From positions 20,513-84,512 of the forward strand of contig CAXHJY010001082.1 in the NCBI GenBank assembly GCA_964016885.1: 64,000 nucleotides of DNA. Reading direction: 5' to 3'. A program made the position numbers and the translations under genes. Each line of letters opens with the position of its first letter. The first letter of the stretch is position 1. Below are positions 1-14,198 of this stretch, in pieces. Below the pieces are notes generated by a model. That model was not told the DNA's origin and searched no databases. It saw only the letters and a list, made by a program, of their open reading frames with translations. The stretch comes from Eledone cirrhosa. Taxonomy: Eukaryota.

Positions 1-395
1 TTAATAAAAGGGAATACAAGCGAGGTGGCTCGAGATCAACCAGGTCCGAGAAGCAGATGCTACTACAGTTTATCTGATTATAGAACTGTGATGTGATATT
101 TTACAATCAACTTTAACTTAGCCATTTCATGCTTTTTAATATGTATTTATATATCTATCTATCTCTGTATATATATATCTATGTATGTATATATCTATAG
201 ATCTATTGTTATAGGCTTTGGCTGATATGTAGATGGTGCTTTGTGGTATTTGCAAAACCACAATGGCAATAACATGAATCAGTAAGATGTATAGAACCAC
301 GAACAATAACTCGGCTGGAAAAATATGACAGCTTTAGCAGAGACGTTAGATACTCACAGATAAGTAATAATATAACCATGTTGTAGAAGGACATT

Positions 396-621
396 GTATG
401 TATGTATGTATGTATGTATGTATGTATGTATGTATGTATGTATGTATGTATGTATGTATGTATGTATGTATGTATGTATGTATGTATGTATGTATGTATG
501 TATGTATGTATGTATGTATGTATGTATGTATGTATGTATGTATGTATGTATGTATGTATGTATGTATGTATGTATGTATGTATGTATGTATGTATGTATG
601 TATGTATGTATGTATGTATGT
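396..621. repeat. (TATG)n microsatellite
   Basis: Perfect tetranucleotide run; source of the MYVC/TYIH ORFs. Confidence 0.98.
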
Positions 622-622
622 C

Positions 623-863
623 AGGTCACCAGTTGGTGCTACTGGTAACATGTATCCCAGTACAACCTGTCTCATGGTCGGGTCGTTGGCGACTAAACTG
701 CCAACGCCACCAAGGTTTCTTGGTGAGGAGCGTGACTTTGGACATCCTGCAGGACTAAAAACAAAACCTGTCAAAGGGCAAAGTCACACTCGTTCAGCGC
801 ATCGGTAGGGGTTCTCCAACATGGATATAAAGTAGTGGCCGTACTCGAAAAAGAGTTGGCAGC

Positions 864-866
<3 letters not shown>
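623..866 (+). mobile_element. Possible 5' UTR fragment of an RTE-type LINE
   Basis: GC-richer island between microsatellites with TTGGCGACTAAACTGCCAA-type structured sequence reminiscent of RTE 5' ends; no coding motif. Confidence 0.3.
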
Positions 867-897
<31 letters not shown>

Positions 898-1037
898 TAA
901 AGTATAGAAATTATTGTGAGCGTGAAGCCAGCAGTATTTCATGATATATAAGTGACTATAACGTCAAAATGGAAAAATAGTTAACGTAAGATGTGGGAAA
1001 ATAATTTTAACTCAATAAAAAAAACAAACAAAAAAAT

Positions 1038-1332
1038 GGCGGGTAAAATTCCCGAGATCCATGGATGAGTTCTCTCCAGCGGTCCCTGTCCCTCATTATC
1101 GCTGCCATGTCCTGCGTCTCCAACAGACCAGTGTCTGTCCTCAGAGCATCAACATACGTTAACCTTCGTCTTCCTCTTCCAGTGTGTCCATGTAGGGGCT
1201 CCCACAGGAGCACTGAGTGCAATGTCAACTCTGGATGTCGGTGAGCATGTCCAGCTAACCTCAGTCTCCTCTGTGTCACTTTTCAGCTGACCTTTGGGAG
1301 GCTCCCATACAGCTCTGAATTTTTCATCCTCA

Positions 1333-1335
<3 letters not shown>
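1038..1335 (-). mobile_element. RTE-clade LINE 3' fragment
   Basis: Translation [39 protein letters not shown] is the RTE ORF C-terminus; second copy at 51673-51845. Confidence 0.85.
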
Positions 1336-1380
<45 letters not shown>

Positions 1381-3329
1381 TGTATATATAAGTATCCGTG
1401 TATATAGGTACCAAATATACTAGAATAACAATAATTACCAGATTCTCACCAAACCTCTCTATAAAGAGTGGATTATAAAAATCAATATTAACATCTATCT
1501 CTATCTATCTACTTATCTTTCTATCTGTCTGTCTGCCTCCTGTCTATCTATATCTACCTATCTATATATCTATCTATTTACCTATCTCTTTAGACACCCC
1601 CCCCATATATATATATATATACACACATGCATACCCATAAACACATGTGTTTACGACAAATATAATTACTTCCCCTTAGACCCACTGGCATGTCTTTTGT
1701 GATACATTTGCTGCTTAATTAAATGGCTTCAGAGTATATCTTGCAGTAGTGTCTGAGAATACAAGCATTTTTACATGTGTATTTACCACCTTACTAAATT
1801 TTACTGAAGATAAATGAACGAATGAATAGATATATAAGCAAAGTAAACGAAATAAAGGGGAAAAAATAATGTTCTTTCTGCAATGAAAAGGACAGAACTG
1901 GTAGTGAATAGTGTTTGTTGTTTTAATTTTACTTGTCTTTTTGTAGTAATCGTATGCATAGTTTTATGTCACCCCGCGACAAGAAATGACATAAGTAGTT
2001 AAGTGAATTCTTTATTAAAATGTACAGACTTAGAGAAAATAGGCGACATTTTCACTGAATCTTGTTTTAAAATAACAGCATCAACTGTATATAAAAGAAA
2101 ACTGTTAGAATATTCTTTATTCCAGGCAGGGAATATTGCCTTTTCTAGGATTATAGCTTATATTGAAAGCAAAGTTCAGTATTTTGGAGACATTGAGGAA
2201 ATAGACAGTAGTTTATTATTGCTTCTAAATCCCTAGATGATTTGATAGACTTAATGAATATATATTTTTTGGTGAGGTGAAGATGTGAAGACACTATTTC
2301 TCTTGTACGCTTAAGAAATACAGTCAATGATTTGGATTTCATGAAAGCAGAGTTTCCTCGTTGTGTATCTCGACGAATAGAGATGAGATGTTATCGAATA
2401 GTCAGTCTTTGACTTTGAACCGTAAATTAAACACAGGAGTAGTTACATGTGTGTGTGTACGTTTATGTATGTGTGTGTGTGATTGTGTGTAAGTGTGAGT
2501 GTACGTTTGTGTGTGTATGTGTATATGAGCTTGTGTGTGCTTGTGTTGGTTTGTGTTTGTATCTGAGTATGTGTGAGTTTATGCGTGCATTTGTATGTGT
2601 GTGTGTGTGTGTATGTGTGTGCTGTTGTCATATAAGCTTTGCTATATGTTTATGTAGTTGAGTGAGTGTGTGTGTGTGTGTGCAGTTGTATGTGTGTGTG
2701 TGTATATATGTATGTATGTGTGTAAGTGTGATTGTATGTGTGTGTTGTCATAAGCTTTGCTATATGTTTATGTAGCTGAATGAGTGTGTAAATACGTTCG
2801 TGTATGTGTGTATGAGTGTATGTATGTGTGTGCAGTTGTATGCGTGTGTGTATGTGTGTATGAGTGTATGTGTGTGTGCAGTTGTCATTATATAATATTT
2901 AATATGCTTATGTAGTCGAGTGAATGGAGAACAGACGTCACCAAAGCTATGTGAATCCTTGATATATGTTTATGTAGCTGAATGAGTCTGTGTGTGTGTT
3001 TGTGTTTGTGTGTGTATGTGCGTGTGCGTTTGTGTGTGTCTATGTGCGTTTGTGTATGTGTGTTTGTGTGTGTGTGCATATGTTTAAGTGTGTCTGTGAG
3101 TTTGTATGTGTCTCTTTGTGTTTGTGTCTCTGTGTATTTATATGTGTTTATGTGTGTCTTCTGTGTGTTTGTGTGTGTCTGTTTTTGTCCAGGGGTGTCT
3201 GTGTGTGCCTGTATGTGTTTGTATGTTTCTCTGTGTGTTTGTGTGTGTCTCTGTGTATTCGTGTTTGTATCTGTGTGTATCTGTGTGTGAATCTATATAT
3301 GTGATTAAATGTGACTACTTGTATATGTA

Positions 3330-3640
3330 TAATACTGGAAAATGGAGGTTACCATGCAGTGGAACACGTATCTTCTTTTATTGGTATTAAGACTAGGTTA
3401 TACTCTACTGGAAACCACAGATCTTTTCAAAATCTCTCTGAATGTTTCAGAGCTAATAACGACCATCACATCCGGTGGAAGTTTCGAATTGGCCTCACTA
3501 TTATACCATTTATCGATTCAAACTTCACATTGGCTTGCATATCAGTTTATAGCAAAATATTAATTTAGAAAAATCGCTGTTAAAACTAGCCATCTTTTAG
3601 TGAAATGGCACTAGGAAAGGTCTTAATTTACTGATAAACT
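3330..3640 (+). pseudogene. Possible highly decayed PLE GIY-YIG endonuclease remnant
   Basis: SFIGIKTRLY..NHRSFQNLS..IRWKF loosely matches the PLE endonuclease pattern YIG..FK.RY.NH..SF..LS..I.W. Confidence 0.25.
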
Positions 3641-3793
3641 ACACAGTGTAAACAAAAGTTTCCCAAAAGCCATATCTTAAAAGAGATAAATACAATAAAT
3701 AACTCCAATGCTCTATTTTAGACAGGTTTTAGACAGACAAACAACCATTATTGATTATTATCACTAGTTGTTTATCATATATGAACTAGCCTG

Positions 3794-3838
<45 letters not shown>

Positions 3839-3840
3839 TA

Positions 3841-3950
3841 TAGAACAGTTCTAGTCCTGTAGAAGCTCTTCTATATTAAAACTGTTATACTCTGCTTTGT
3901 ATTGAGTACCTTACTTCCTGTGGTTACCTCCGATTCAACCCCGGAATAAC
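3841..3950 (+). mobile_element. PLE terminal-repeat fragment, family B
   Basis: Reverse-complement match to 16559-16665 (CAGTTCTAGTCCTGTAGAA...TATTGAGTACCTTAC...CCGGAATAAC); (AT)n on both sides. Confidence 0.65.
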
Positions 3951-4032
3951 ATATATATATATACACATACTTACATACTTGCCTTGCACTCACTCACTCA
4001 CTCACTCTCTCTCTCTCTCTCTATATATATTT

Positions 4033-4187
4033 ATTCAGAAGATCCCGTTAAAGGTGAAAGCAGCGATTCTTTGCTTAAACTTAATCTGTTATTTTAATAA
4101 ATATTTGCTCTACGGTTCTTATACATCTCATATATATTTATCCTTATCGAGCCCTCTTTGGATTTTAGTCTTGAAATTTATTATTAT

Positions 4188-4190
<3 letters not shown>
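4033..4190 (+). mobile_element. Dispersed repeat family C with HHR-like fold
   Basis: GAAGATCCCGTTAA..GTGAAAGCAGCGATTCTTTGCTTAAAC shared with 28034-28145 (-) and 29177-29287 (+). Confidence 0.6.
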
Positions 4191-4227
<37 letters not shown>

Positions 4228-4262
4228 CTTTCATACGTAAATGCATATGCACTTATACATGA

Positions 4263-4301
<39 letters not shown>

Positions 4302-4353
4302 TATATACATCGTTTTATACACACACACACATATATATATATATGAATATATA

Positions 4354-4389
<36 letters not shown>

Positions 4390-4393
4390 GTTT

Positions 4394-4470
<77 letters not shown>

Positions 4471-4571
4471 TTCTCTCTCCCACTCTTTCTCTATTTATAC
4501 ACACATACAAAACACCCATCCACCATATACAAATTTATACATATAGGTACATTCATTATACACGCACACAG

Positions 4572-4607
<36 letters not shown>

Positions 4608-5346
4608 GCGTGTGTGTGCGTGCTTGTGTGTTTATTTTTCTGTGTTTGTATTTAAATAACATCAAAAAGAAATCTGTTTTTTTTTCATCAATAATACAAA
4701 AGGAATCTATGCAGTCATTTAAGAATATACTCAAAGTATAATTCACGCAAATATTTTCTAGAATTATTTACATTTGGAAGACTTGTTATAATCAAAGAGA
4801 CAAAATCTTGTAAAGAACTTCAAAACTGAGGGAAAAAAATGGAGTCTTGCATTGGAAACACTATTGAAAGTTATTGTATATACTCGGAAATAGTTTGTTT
4901 CATTTATTCCGAAGAATATAGAATTTTTATTCTGAACTGACAGAATTATGCCACGTTAGGTTTTTGAAAAAACAAATCAAAACAAACATATATATAAAGA
5001 AACAACAACAACTAAAAAAAAAAACAGACAACAATAACAACAACAGCAGCACAAGAGTAATGTTTGATATGAATGTCTATAGGAATGTAGAAAAAACATT
5101 GTTTTAAGAGAGTTGAATGGTGGTGAAAGAGAAGAGAATCGATGTTTAAAAAACAACACTGGTTTAGACATCTGAGAATATACATATATGTTATAGTTAG
5201 TTTTCATGTATATCTTAATAGTACTGTCTATTATGAAGATGTAAAACATTTCGTTGTCATTCTACATCCTAACCTATTTTCTAACATAGACTGTCTCTAA
5301 GTTTTCTTGGACGCTGTTTATTTTTTTTATGTTATATACAAATTAT

Positions 5347-5480
5347 GTGGCGAATTGGTAGAATCGTTAGAACGACGGACACAATGCTTTGTGTTATTCC
5401 TTCTAGCTCTCTGAGTTCAAATCCCGCCAAGTTAAACTTTGCCTTTTATCATTTCAAGGTGGATAAATAAAGTACTAGGA
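5347..5480 (+). mobile_element. tRNA-derived SINE, degenerate
   Basis: A box-like TTGGTAGAATCGTTAG, B box GAGTTCAAATCC, then the family core AACTTTGCCTTTTATC...AAAGTAC. Confidence 0.7.
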
Positions 5481-5511
5481 TCAATTCTTCCTCTATGTCT
5501 GTTTCTCACTT

Positions 5512-5550
<39 letters not shown>

Positions 5551-5622
5551 ACCTGTTTAGCTTGACTTGTTTTTGGCTTAGGTGGTTAATGCCTTCTTGA
5601 CCGCCTTCTCAGTTTGTATGGC

Positions 5623-5889
5623 GTTTATAACCTATGTTTATAACCTATGTTTATAACCTATGTTTATAACCTATGTTTATAACCTATGTTTATAACCTAT
5701 GTTTATAACCTATGTTTATAACCTATGTTTATAACCTATGTTTATAACCTATGTTTATAACCTATGTTTATAACCTATGTTTATAACCTATGTTTATAAC
5801 CTATGTTTATAACCTATGTTTATAACCTATGTTTATAACCTATGTTTATAACCTATGTTTATAACCTATGTTTATAACCTATGTTTATA
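5623..5889. repeat. 13-bp minisatellite (GTTTATAACCTAT), ~20 copies
   Basis: Perfect tandem repeat read directly. Confidence 0.95.
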
Positions 5890-6739
5890 GCTCTGGTTTT
5901 TTAGCCATAGGAGCGCTTGCGTTACGTTTCGCTTTTTCTACCCGCCGAAATGCGATTCTCGCTGAATTTATATATATAAGGTCTGTTAGGTCCCTGCAGC
6001 GATAGAAAATAAACCAGATTCCAGCAGGAATTAGATTGAACTCGACAACAGAAAGGCACAAGTCTAATGTTATGAAAGATTTAGTCCAAACCTCAATATT
6101 TTCTAACGCCGACTTTATATAAAATAGTTCATTTAGATTATTAAAAGAAAAAAAGAAAATCAATTTTTTGGGCGGTTGGTAGTAGAAATCATTGTATTCA
6201 TTTCGATAATTTTTTTTATACTCCCTGACCCCGGAAAAATAAAATCAAAGTAGCATCTGATAGAACTCGAACTCATAATGTAACGGATTGAAAGAAATAC
6301 AGCAAGGAACATTAACCACTTCACTACAACATATATAACCGACAACAACCCACGAAAATATAATTCAATGTTAATTTTTTTTCTTGCGAGAAATAGGTTT
6401 TAAGTAAAAAAAACAAAGCAAAGAAAATCTAAAAAAAACAAAACAAAAAAAAACACGACAAAAACAAACAAACAAAAAGCGATTTCATTATTAATCTTAA
6501 TATGAGATACACTTATAAGAAGTGAAATTGAATTTCCTCTAATAATATATGGTATAAGAATCTAATTAGAGGAGAATATTAAAATGGTTACTTCCATGTC
6601 AGAGTCAATCTATGTCTATACGTAATAGTTGCAAGTGGACTCTTCTTTTTAATACGTAAAAATCTGACAGGACAAGATGTGTGTGTTGATAATATTCACA
6701 GATACACACAGTTATACACATACACACACTCACACAGAC

Positions 6740-6770
<31 letters not shown>

Positions 6771-6943
6771 GTCATACACACACACACTCTCTCACACACA
6801 CAGTCATACACATACACGCACTCACACAGATACACATACACACACTCACACTCACACAGACGTACACACACACACACACACACACAAAGATACACAAACA
6901 CCGATGCACGCCCATATATATAGATATATATATAAAAACATAC

Positions 6944-6985
<42 letters not shown>

Positions 6986-7048
6986 GTGTGTGTGTGTGTG
7001 TATTTATATAACAGTGACACACTCATATACAGATACACAGACATAGTC

Positions 7049-7079
<31 letters not shown>

Positions 7080-7125
7080 TATACATATATATATATACAC
7101 ACGCATATATACATGCATACATACA

Positions 7126-7176
<51 letters not shown>

Positions 7177-7477
7177 ATATGTTTCTTTTTCCTTATTTGA
7201 TAATATCTCTTCAGATGAAACGTTCTGAAAATGTCATTCCTAGTCGTTGGAGAAGGTTCTTAAACCGAAAATAGAACGTCATGCTACTCCATGATCCAAC
7301 ACTTGAAACCAATAACGGCAGAATACCACCCCCTCCCCCACATATATATATACATATATATGTATGCATGTATGCATATATATATACATACAAGCATTCA
7401 TTCACACATGTATATATATATATATGTATGCGTATACACACACTCACACATAGGCACACACTCACACGCACACACAG

Positions 7478-7512
<35 letters not shown>

Positions 7513-7763
7513 CACACACATATATGACACCATATACATGTATTTATGTGTATGTGTATAGGATTATATGTATAAGAGTAACACAGAGATACGATAAAAC
7601 ACACACACACACACATATATAGATATATGTAAATATATGTATATATTTACATATATATGTGTGATGCAGGATATATATATATATAACATATACATATATA
7701 TGTATGATGCAGGATATATACAAATATATTACACATATATACCCATACATATATATGTAAGCA

Positions 7764-7849
<86 letters not shown>

Positions 7850-8242
7850 GTATATATATTAAAGAATACGAATGTGAAGGCATGCAATAAACACAGTGGC
7901 AAAAGCCACCATTTTAAATACCATTTGTGACGTCAATCGACAAATATTGAAAGTCCTTTGTTTCACAAGGAAATTCAAAATTGAATTACTCTGTCAGAGT
8001 TTCCAAATCCGTTTCCTTCAAAAATTAATTATTATTGTTTTAAATGATTATCTATTTTTAGAAATAATCTCAAATACTTTATTCTACATTGTTATATACA
8101 AAACATTGCAACCATTCGAACTATTGTCTCGTGGGGGGTGGGGTTGTGGATTTGTGGTGGGGTGGGAGTTAGGTTTGCGGTGGGGTGGCTTGGTAGTTCG
8201 ATAATGCTTTAATAATGGTCAGTTATTTGTAGATTTATGATA

Positions 8243-8400
8243 TACGAGGGTCGGCTAAAACGTTCATAGGCTAGACTGTGAAGGAAGTGATGCCAGAGCT
8301 GTGAAATCTTTTATGCATTAATTTTAACTCTTCTGATTAATAACTGCATTGTTTTTTTCCAGGGACTATGTTGAAAAACAAACCTCATTTGGTCATTCCA
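8243..8400 (+). mobile_element. Mariner-like terminal fragment
   Basis: TA followed by CGAGGGTCGGCTAAAA.GTTC, a mariner-type TIR start; partner TIR not seen. Confidence 0.5.
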
Positions 8401-8472
8401 TCCTTATATATATATAGACATATAGGACCTTTTATACAAAATCATTGAAGGTTAGATTACCGTAGAAGCATA

Positions 8473-8540
<68 letters not shown>

Positions 8541-8574
8541 ACACAAGAATCAAAGCTATGTTAGAACATTTAAT

Positions 8575-8621
8575 TGCTGACAATTGTTTCTTCCAAGCTT
8601 AGGCTTGGAGTCTTCGGAGCA
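8575..8621 (-). ncRNA. Minimal hammerhead ribozyme motif (core variant)
   Basis: Minus strand: tgct-CCGAAGA-c-tccaagc/gcttgga-a-GAAA-caattg-TC-agca; palindromic stem III ACAATTGT, GUC site. Confidence 0.7.
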
Positions 8622-9044
8622 TTATTAATAATGTTTTTACATATAATCAGCCTCCTATTCCGCTGAAGAGTCATACAGATACATATTGTGGACAACAGTG
8701 TGTGATGGGTAAGATTCAAAATTACAATTAAAAGCTTTTGGTGGAGCATGTGTCAGATAATACAAGAGCGTCTAGTACATAAATAAAATGAAAGAGACAG
8801 TACGTGCGTTAGTCATACATAAAGCAATTGAACAGGCAAAAGTATCAAGCATATACGAATGCTGGGTGTTGCATACAAAATACAAGCACATAAAGCAGGT
8901 GTGTTAACATATTATGGTAGTTGCAATGCTGAGATATTTTCAGTGTAGATCGAATATGTGTGTGTGTGTAGAATAAGACAGTTCCAGGTTTCACATCCAT
9001 TACATATGTCACGATGTATGTGTTGAGTGTTTGTTATAACAAAC

Positions 9045-9121
9045 ACTCAATACATAGCAGAGTATAACTATGTAATATAGAAATGGCTTCCATATGACTA
9101 GAACTGTTTCATTCGAAGGAA

Positions 9122-9125
<4 letters not shown>
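9045..9125 (-). mobile_element. PLE terminal-repeat fragment, family B
   Basis: CTCAATACATAGCAGAGTATAAC...GACTAGAACTGTTTCATTC matches 16602-16670. Confidence 0.6.
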
Positions 9126-9161
<36 letters not shown>

Positions 9162-10031
9162 AATATATATCCATTGAATTCAGAGAGAATAAATTTATCG
9201 TTCCAAATGTGATATAAAAACAAATATTACTTTCTGTAAAATATGTTAATAGGTTGTCAGAATGTCATTTACATTATCCAAGAGGAACGCCCTAGTACCA
9301 TTTACCATTACTGATAAATTAAATTATATTAAAATTTCTAATCGGATTTAATTCTCAGATATAGTCGTGTGACCTCTCTCAGATAAATCCCTTTAAAACA
9401 GGTTTAATAAATGTTTGTAGGCACCCATTACTATTTACTCCCACCCCTTATATTATATGATATATAATGGGGAAAGTGATATATATATAAAATGAGGCTA
9501 AACAATGCAAAATGGAGGGTAAGATGAAGGCAACGAAAAAAATTAGTTACCTGGTAATCATTGTTATTTTTTGCTGTTTCTTTCCTCCTTATATTACGGA
9601 ACTTAAAATTCCCTTCGTCAGATTATAAGGAATTGCCAGAGAACAAAATATTCCGGTCTCTTCTCTTTGAAATTAAATTTGAATTTAAAATTTAAATAAT
9701 GTTTAGATTGTCTTTCTAGGTGAAGATTAATAAAAGTTTGAATACTGTTGAACGATCTATCTATCTATATTATAAATATATACATTTTTACGGGCCGAAA
9801 GATTTACTTAAGCGGGGTTTCTTCTCTGAAGACCTTCTGCTTGAGACTTTCTTGCCACCAAAAGAGAACCTATTGAAATATGTCAGTTTGCTTATAATGA
9901 CGTCACTGCATTGTTGAGTTACGCTTTGAACTATCTATCTTACACACACACACAGACAGACAGACAGACAGACAGACACACACGCACACGCACACGCACA
10001 CACGCACACACACACACACGCACACACACAC

Positions 10032-10076
<45 letters not shown>

Positions 10077-10189
10077 CTCTCTCTGTATTTCTGTTTAATC
10101 TGTTGACAGACTTGCATTTAATAGTCTTCTTTGAAAGTGTGTCGTCATCATTTTCATTCTGACGTCATAAACGATTCACCTCTGATTTA

Positions 10190-11025
10190 GACACAAGGCC
10201 ACCAATTTCCGTGTAGGCAAAGGTCGTGTGAATCGACCCCAGTGTGTTACTGGTATTTCATTTTAACAATTCCGTAAGGACGAAAAGCAAAAACTAACAT
10301 TGGTGGGATATGAATTCAGAACGTAAAGGGCAGTATCTCTACCGATGCTCTACCGATACTGCCAATTCACCGCCCTCATAATAATGATTTCATTTATTGG
10401 CCACAAGGGCCGACATATAGGGGACAATACAAAAGAGTGGGACAGTGGAGTTTTACAGAAACATCGAGTACACAATACGAATAACAATAACAAAGTAACA
10501 AGAAAAATACAAGAAAAATTCCTCAATAGGGGGGATGACCACTCAGGGTTCGCTCAGGTACCCCACCAATCCTGAACGACCCGACGCTTCGAGAGCACCC
10601 TAATAATAATTGTTTCTACTTTTGGTACAAGGCCAGCAATTATCCCAGTGAAATTACTGGTACTTTATTTTATCGACCCCGTAAGGATGAAAGACAGTTA
10701 ATCTCGGCGGGATTTGAACTCAGAGCGTAAAGGGCCGTAACTCTACGCTACAAAGCATGGTGTCCGACTCTCTACTGATACTGTCAAATGGTTTCTTATA
10801 TAGGCAAAAGGCCATCAATTTTTTGGGGGAGGGAAAAAGTCGAGTAAATCGACCCCAGTACGTTACTGGTACTTTATTTCATCGTTCCCGTAAGGATGAA
10901 AGGCAAAGTTAATGAAAGGCAAAGTTAACCTCGGCGGAATTTGAACTCAGTCCGTATACGGACGTAACTCTATACTGCAAAGCATGGCGTCCGGTGCTCT
11001 ACCGATACTGCCAATTCACTTCCCT
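10190..11025 (-). mobile_element. Three head-to-tail SINE copies (~10190-10375, 10612-10785, 10790-11025) with a probable LINE 3' tail at ~10385-10600
   Basis: Repeated CAAGGCC..ACTGGTACTTTATTT.ATCG..GTAAGGATGAAAG..GATTTGAACTCAG..CTCTACCGATACTGCCAA. Confidence 0.85.
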
Positions 11026-11029
11026 CATC

Positions 11030-11072
<43 letters not shown>

Positions 11073-11439
11073 CCACGACACTAACAACAACAAGAATATC
11101 CTCGATGAAACAATACTAGCCATAGTAATATATTAAATAAATGTGTACTGATCTGACTGATCTCTTAATCATTTAGAACATGAAAAGAAAAAGAATAAAC
11201 GATTTATTATAGTCTTCATTAATGAGTCGCAATACGATTTGAACAACAATAACAACTGTAACAAGATTATGAACAACAACAATAACAGTAACAACAGTAG
11301 TAACATCAAAACCATCTAGATGATGGACATGAGCAAGTACAAGAAAGACAACAATAACGACAACGACAGCTGCAACAACAAAGAAAATAAAAAAAAAGTA
11401 TTGACAAGAAAATATAGAAAACAATGACAGAAATATCTA

Positions 11440-11945
11440 CAACAACAACAACAACCACGAAAATAAGTATAACAAAAAACACCAACAACAATAACAACGG
11501 TAATAAGACCATGTTCAACAACTATAACAACCTCCACCACGAAAATAAGTATAACAAAAAGACCACCAACAACAATAACAATATCATCATTAACAACAAC
11601 AATAACAACAGTAATAAGACCATGTTCAACAACAATAACAACAACCACAACCACGAAAATAAGTATAACAAAAAAACACCACCAACATTATCATCATTAA
11701 CAACAACAACAACAACAATAACAACAGTAATAAGACCATGTTCAACAACAATAACAACAACCACAACCACGAAAATAAGTATAACAAAAAGACCACCAAC
11801 AACAATAACAACAATATCATCATTAACAACAACAACAATAACAACAGTAATAAGACCATGTTCAACAACAATAACAACAACCGCAACCACGAAAATAAGT
11901 ATAACAAATAACCACCAACAACAATATCATCATTGACAACAACAA
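11440..11945. repeat. (AAC)-rich minisatellite with ~120-bp higher-order unit
   Basis: Recurring CCACGAAAATAAGTATAAC and GTAATAAGACCATGTTCAAC anchors, 4-5 copies. Confidence 0.85.
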
Positions 11946-12324
11946 TATCAATAATTACAACACTTACAAGACCAAGAACAACAACAATAACAACAACAAC
12001 AGTGAGAACGTCAAAACCAACTAGATGAACATGAGCAACAAGGACAACAACAACAACAGCAACAAAAAAGAGAAAAGTGTTTACAAGAAAACATGAAAAA
12101 TAGTGACAAAAATATCATCATCAACAAGAACCACAAAATACGTATAAACAAGTACAACAACCATACTACACCAATAACAACAACATCATCATTAACAACA
12201 ACAACAGCAACAACATGAAAGGGGACATAAAAAGAAAGGTGGTAAAAGTTTCCTTTTGGATAATTACTCAAAAGACTGGAATTTATTTATGGAAATAATA
12301 ATAAATATATCTTGTGGTATAATC

Positions 12325-12703
12325 CTTATCATCATCATCATCATAGCCAACATCATCGCCATCACCATCACCATCATCATCATCATCATCATCATCTTCA
12401 TTATCGCCATCATAACCATCGTTACCATCATCATAATGATTGTTTACATTGCCATAACCATCATTTTCTCATTCTCCCTCATAACCACCATTATCATCAT
12501 CATCATAACCATCATTATCATCCCTATCATAACCATTATCATCCCCATCATAACCATCATCATCACCATCATAACCATCATTATCATCATCATCATAAAC
12601 CATCATTATCATCACCATCATAACCATCATTATCACCACTAAAACCATCATCATCATCATTATAATCATCATAACCATCATCATCATCATCATCATCATC
12701 TTC
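12325..12703. repeat. (ATC/ACC)n degenerate trinucleotide repeat
   Basis: Direct reading. Confidence 0.9.
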
Positions 12704-12704
12704 A

Positions 12705-13140
12705 AATTGTTGGCCTTGTGCTTAAATCAGACACCGGTGGATTGGCAGTATCGGTAGAGGGTCAGACACCATGCTTTCCAGCATAGTGTTACGTCCCTTT
12801 ACGATTTGACTTCAAATTCCGCCGAGGTTAACTTTGCCTTTCATTCTTACAGAGTCGATAAAATAAAGTACCAGTAATGTACTGATTGCTGGCCTTGTGC
12901 CAACAGTAGAAACAATTATTTGAAGGCGCTGGATTGGCAGTATCGGTAGAACGTAGGACACCATGCTTCGGGACATAGAGTTACGGTCCTTTAAGTTCTG
13001 AGTTCAAATCCTGCTGAGGTTAGCTTTGTCTTTTATCCTTACGGGGTCGATGAAATATAGTACCATTAATTCACTAGGTCGATTACATCGACTTTCACCT
13101 TCCCCCAAAATTGTTGGCTTTGTGATTAAATCAGACACCA
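12705..13140 (+). mobile_element. SINE tail plus two head-to-tail SINE copies (~12736-12917, 12925-13137)
   Basis: GGATTGGCAGTATCGGTAGA (A box), TTCAAATTCC/GTTCAAATCC (B box), core and GGCCTTGTGC tail. Confidence 0.85.
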
Positions 13141-13284
13141 ATATTAACCATGTATTTGTTATTAACGTTTAATAACGTTCTTTATATTCCTGTGTGTCAA
13201 ATTGGAACTGTCTCTGTTTTGTCTTTTAAAATCTTTATTCAATTACATTTTTAAATATTATTTTAGAATCTCGTTTTTTTTTCA

Positions 13285-13810
13285 TATAAAAAAAGAAAAC
13301 TATGCTTTTATGTTTTCAAAAAATGATGGAGACGTATTCATAGTTAATATCTTTGTGTATATACCGCCTCCACTGCCTCGGAGGAGGTGGGGGTCTTATT
13401 ATATAAAAAAAGAAAATCATGCTTTGTGTCATAAAACAATGATGGAGGTGTATTTATAGTTAATATCTTTGTGTATAACAATACCTCGGAGGAGGTGAGG
13501 GTCTTATTGTAAAAAAAAGAAAATCATGCTTTTCTGTTTTAAATCAATGATGGAAGTGTATTCATAGTTAATATCTTTGTGTATAACACCACCTCCTGAA
13601 ATGTAGTAGTAGTACTACTGTTGCTGCTGCTGCTATTACTACTACTACTAACAATATAAAGGGGGGGGGGTCTTATTGTAAAAAAAAGAAAATCATGCTT
13701 TTGTATTTTCAAAAAATTATGGAAGTGTGTTCATAGTTAATATCCTTGAGTATAAGACCACCTCCACTACACCAGAGCGTGTGTGGAGCGTGGGGGTGGG
13801 GTCTTATTGA
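13285..13810. repeat. ~110-120-bp tandem repeat, ~4 copies
   Basis: AAAAGAAAATCATGCTTT..ATGGAAGTGT..CATAGTTAATATC..GGGGTCTTATT recurs. Confidence 0.8.
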
Positions 13811-13894
13811 ACCAGTCATCGAAGCGGAGAACCGTGAAAGGAGACCGTTCGGAGCAAACATCAAGAATAAGAATAACAGTGGTAGTAGTAATGT

Positions 13895-14147
13895 GCTGCT
13901 GATACTACTACTGTTACTCCTGTTACTATTGTTACTACTACTGCTGCTGCTGTTGCTGCTGCTACTACTACTACTACTACTACGACTACTACTGCTATTG
14001 CTACTACTACTACTGTTGCTGCTGCTGCTACTACTACTACTACTGCTACTACAGCTGCTGCTACTACTACTACTACTATTACTACTACTGCTACTGCTGC
14101 TACTACTACTATTATTACTGCTACTGCTGCTACTACTACTAGTACTG

Positions 14148-14190
<43 letters not shown>

Positions 14191-14198
14191 TACTACTG
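13895..14198. repeat. (CTA/CTG)n trinucleotide repeat
   Basis: Direct reading; source of the poly-Leu ORF. Confidence 0.92.

Noticed and set aside
7174-7220. Minus-strand CTGAAGA...GAAACATATG HHR-like remnant
   Set aside because: Stem II does not close and the NUH site is lost; at most a decayed copy
11424-12705. Mucin-like and His-rich ORFs
   Set aside because: Trinucleotide-derived, with no splice or domain support
5347-13140. tRNA genes suggested by A/B boxes
   Set aside because: No cloverleaf; the boxes belong to SINE heads
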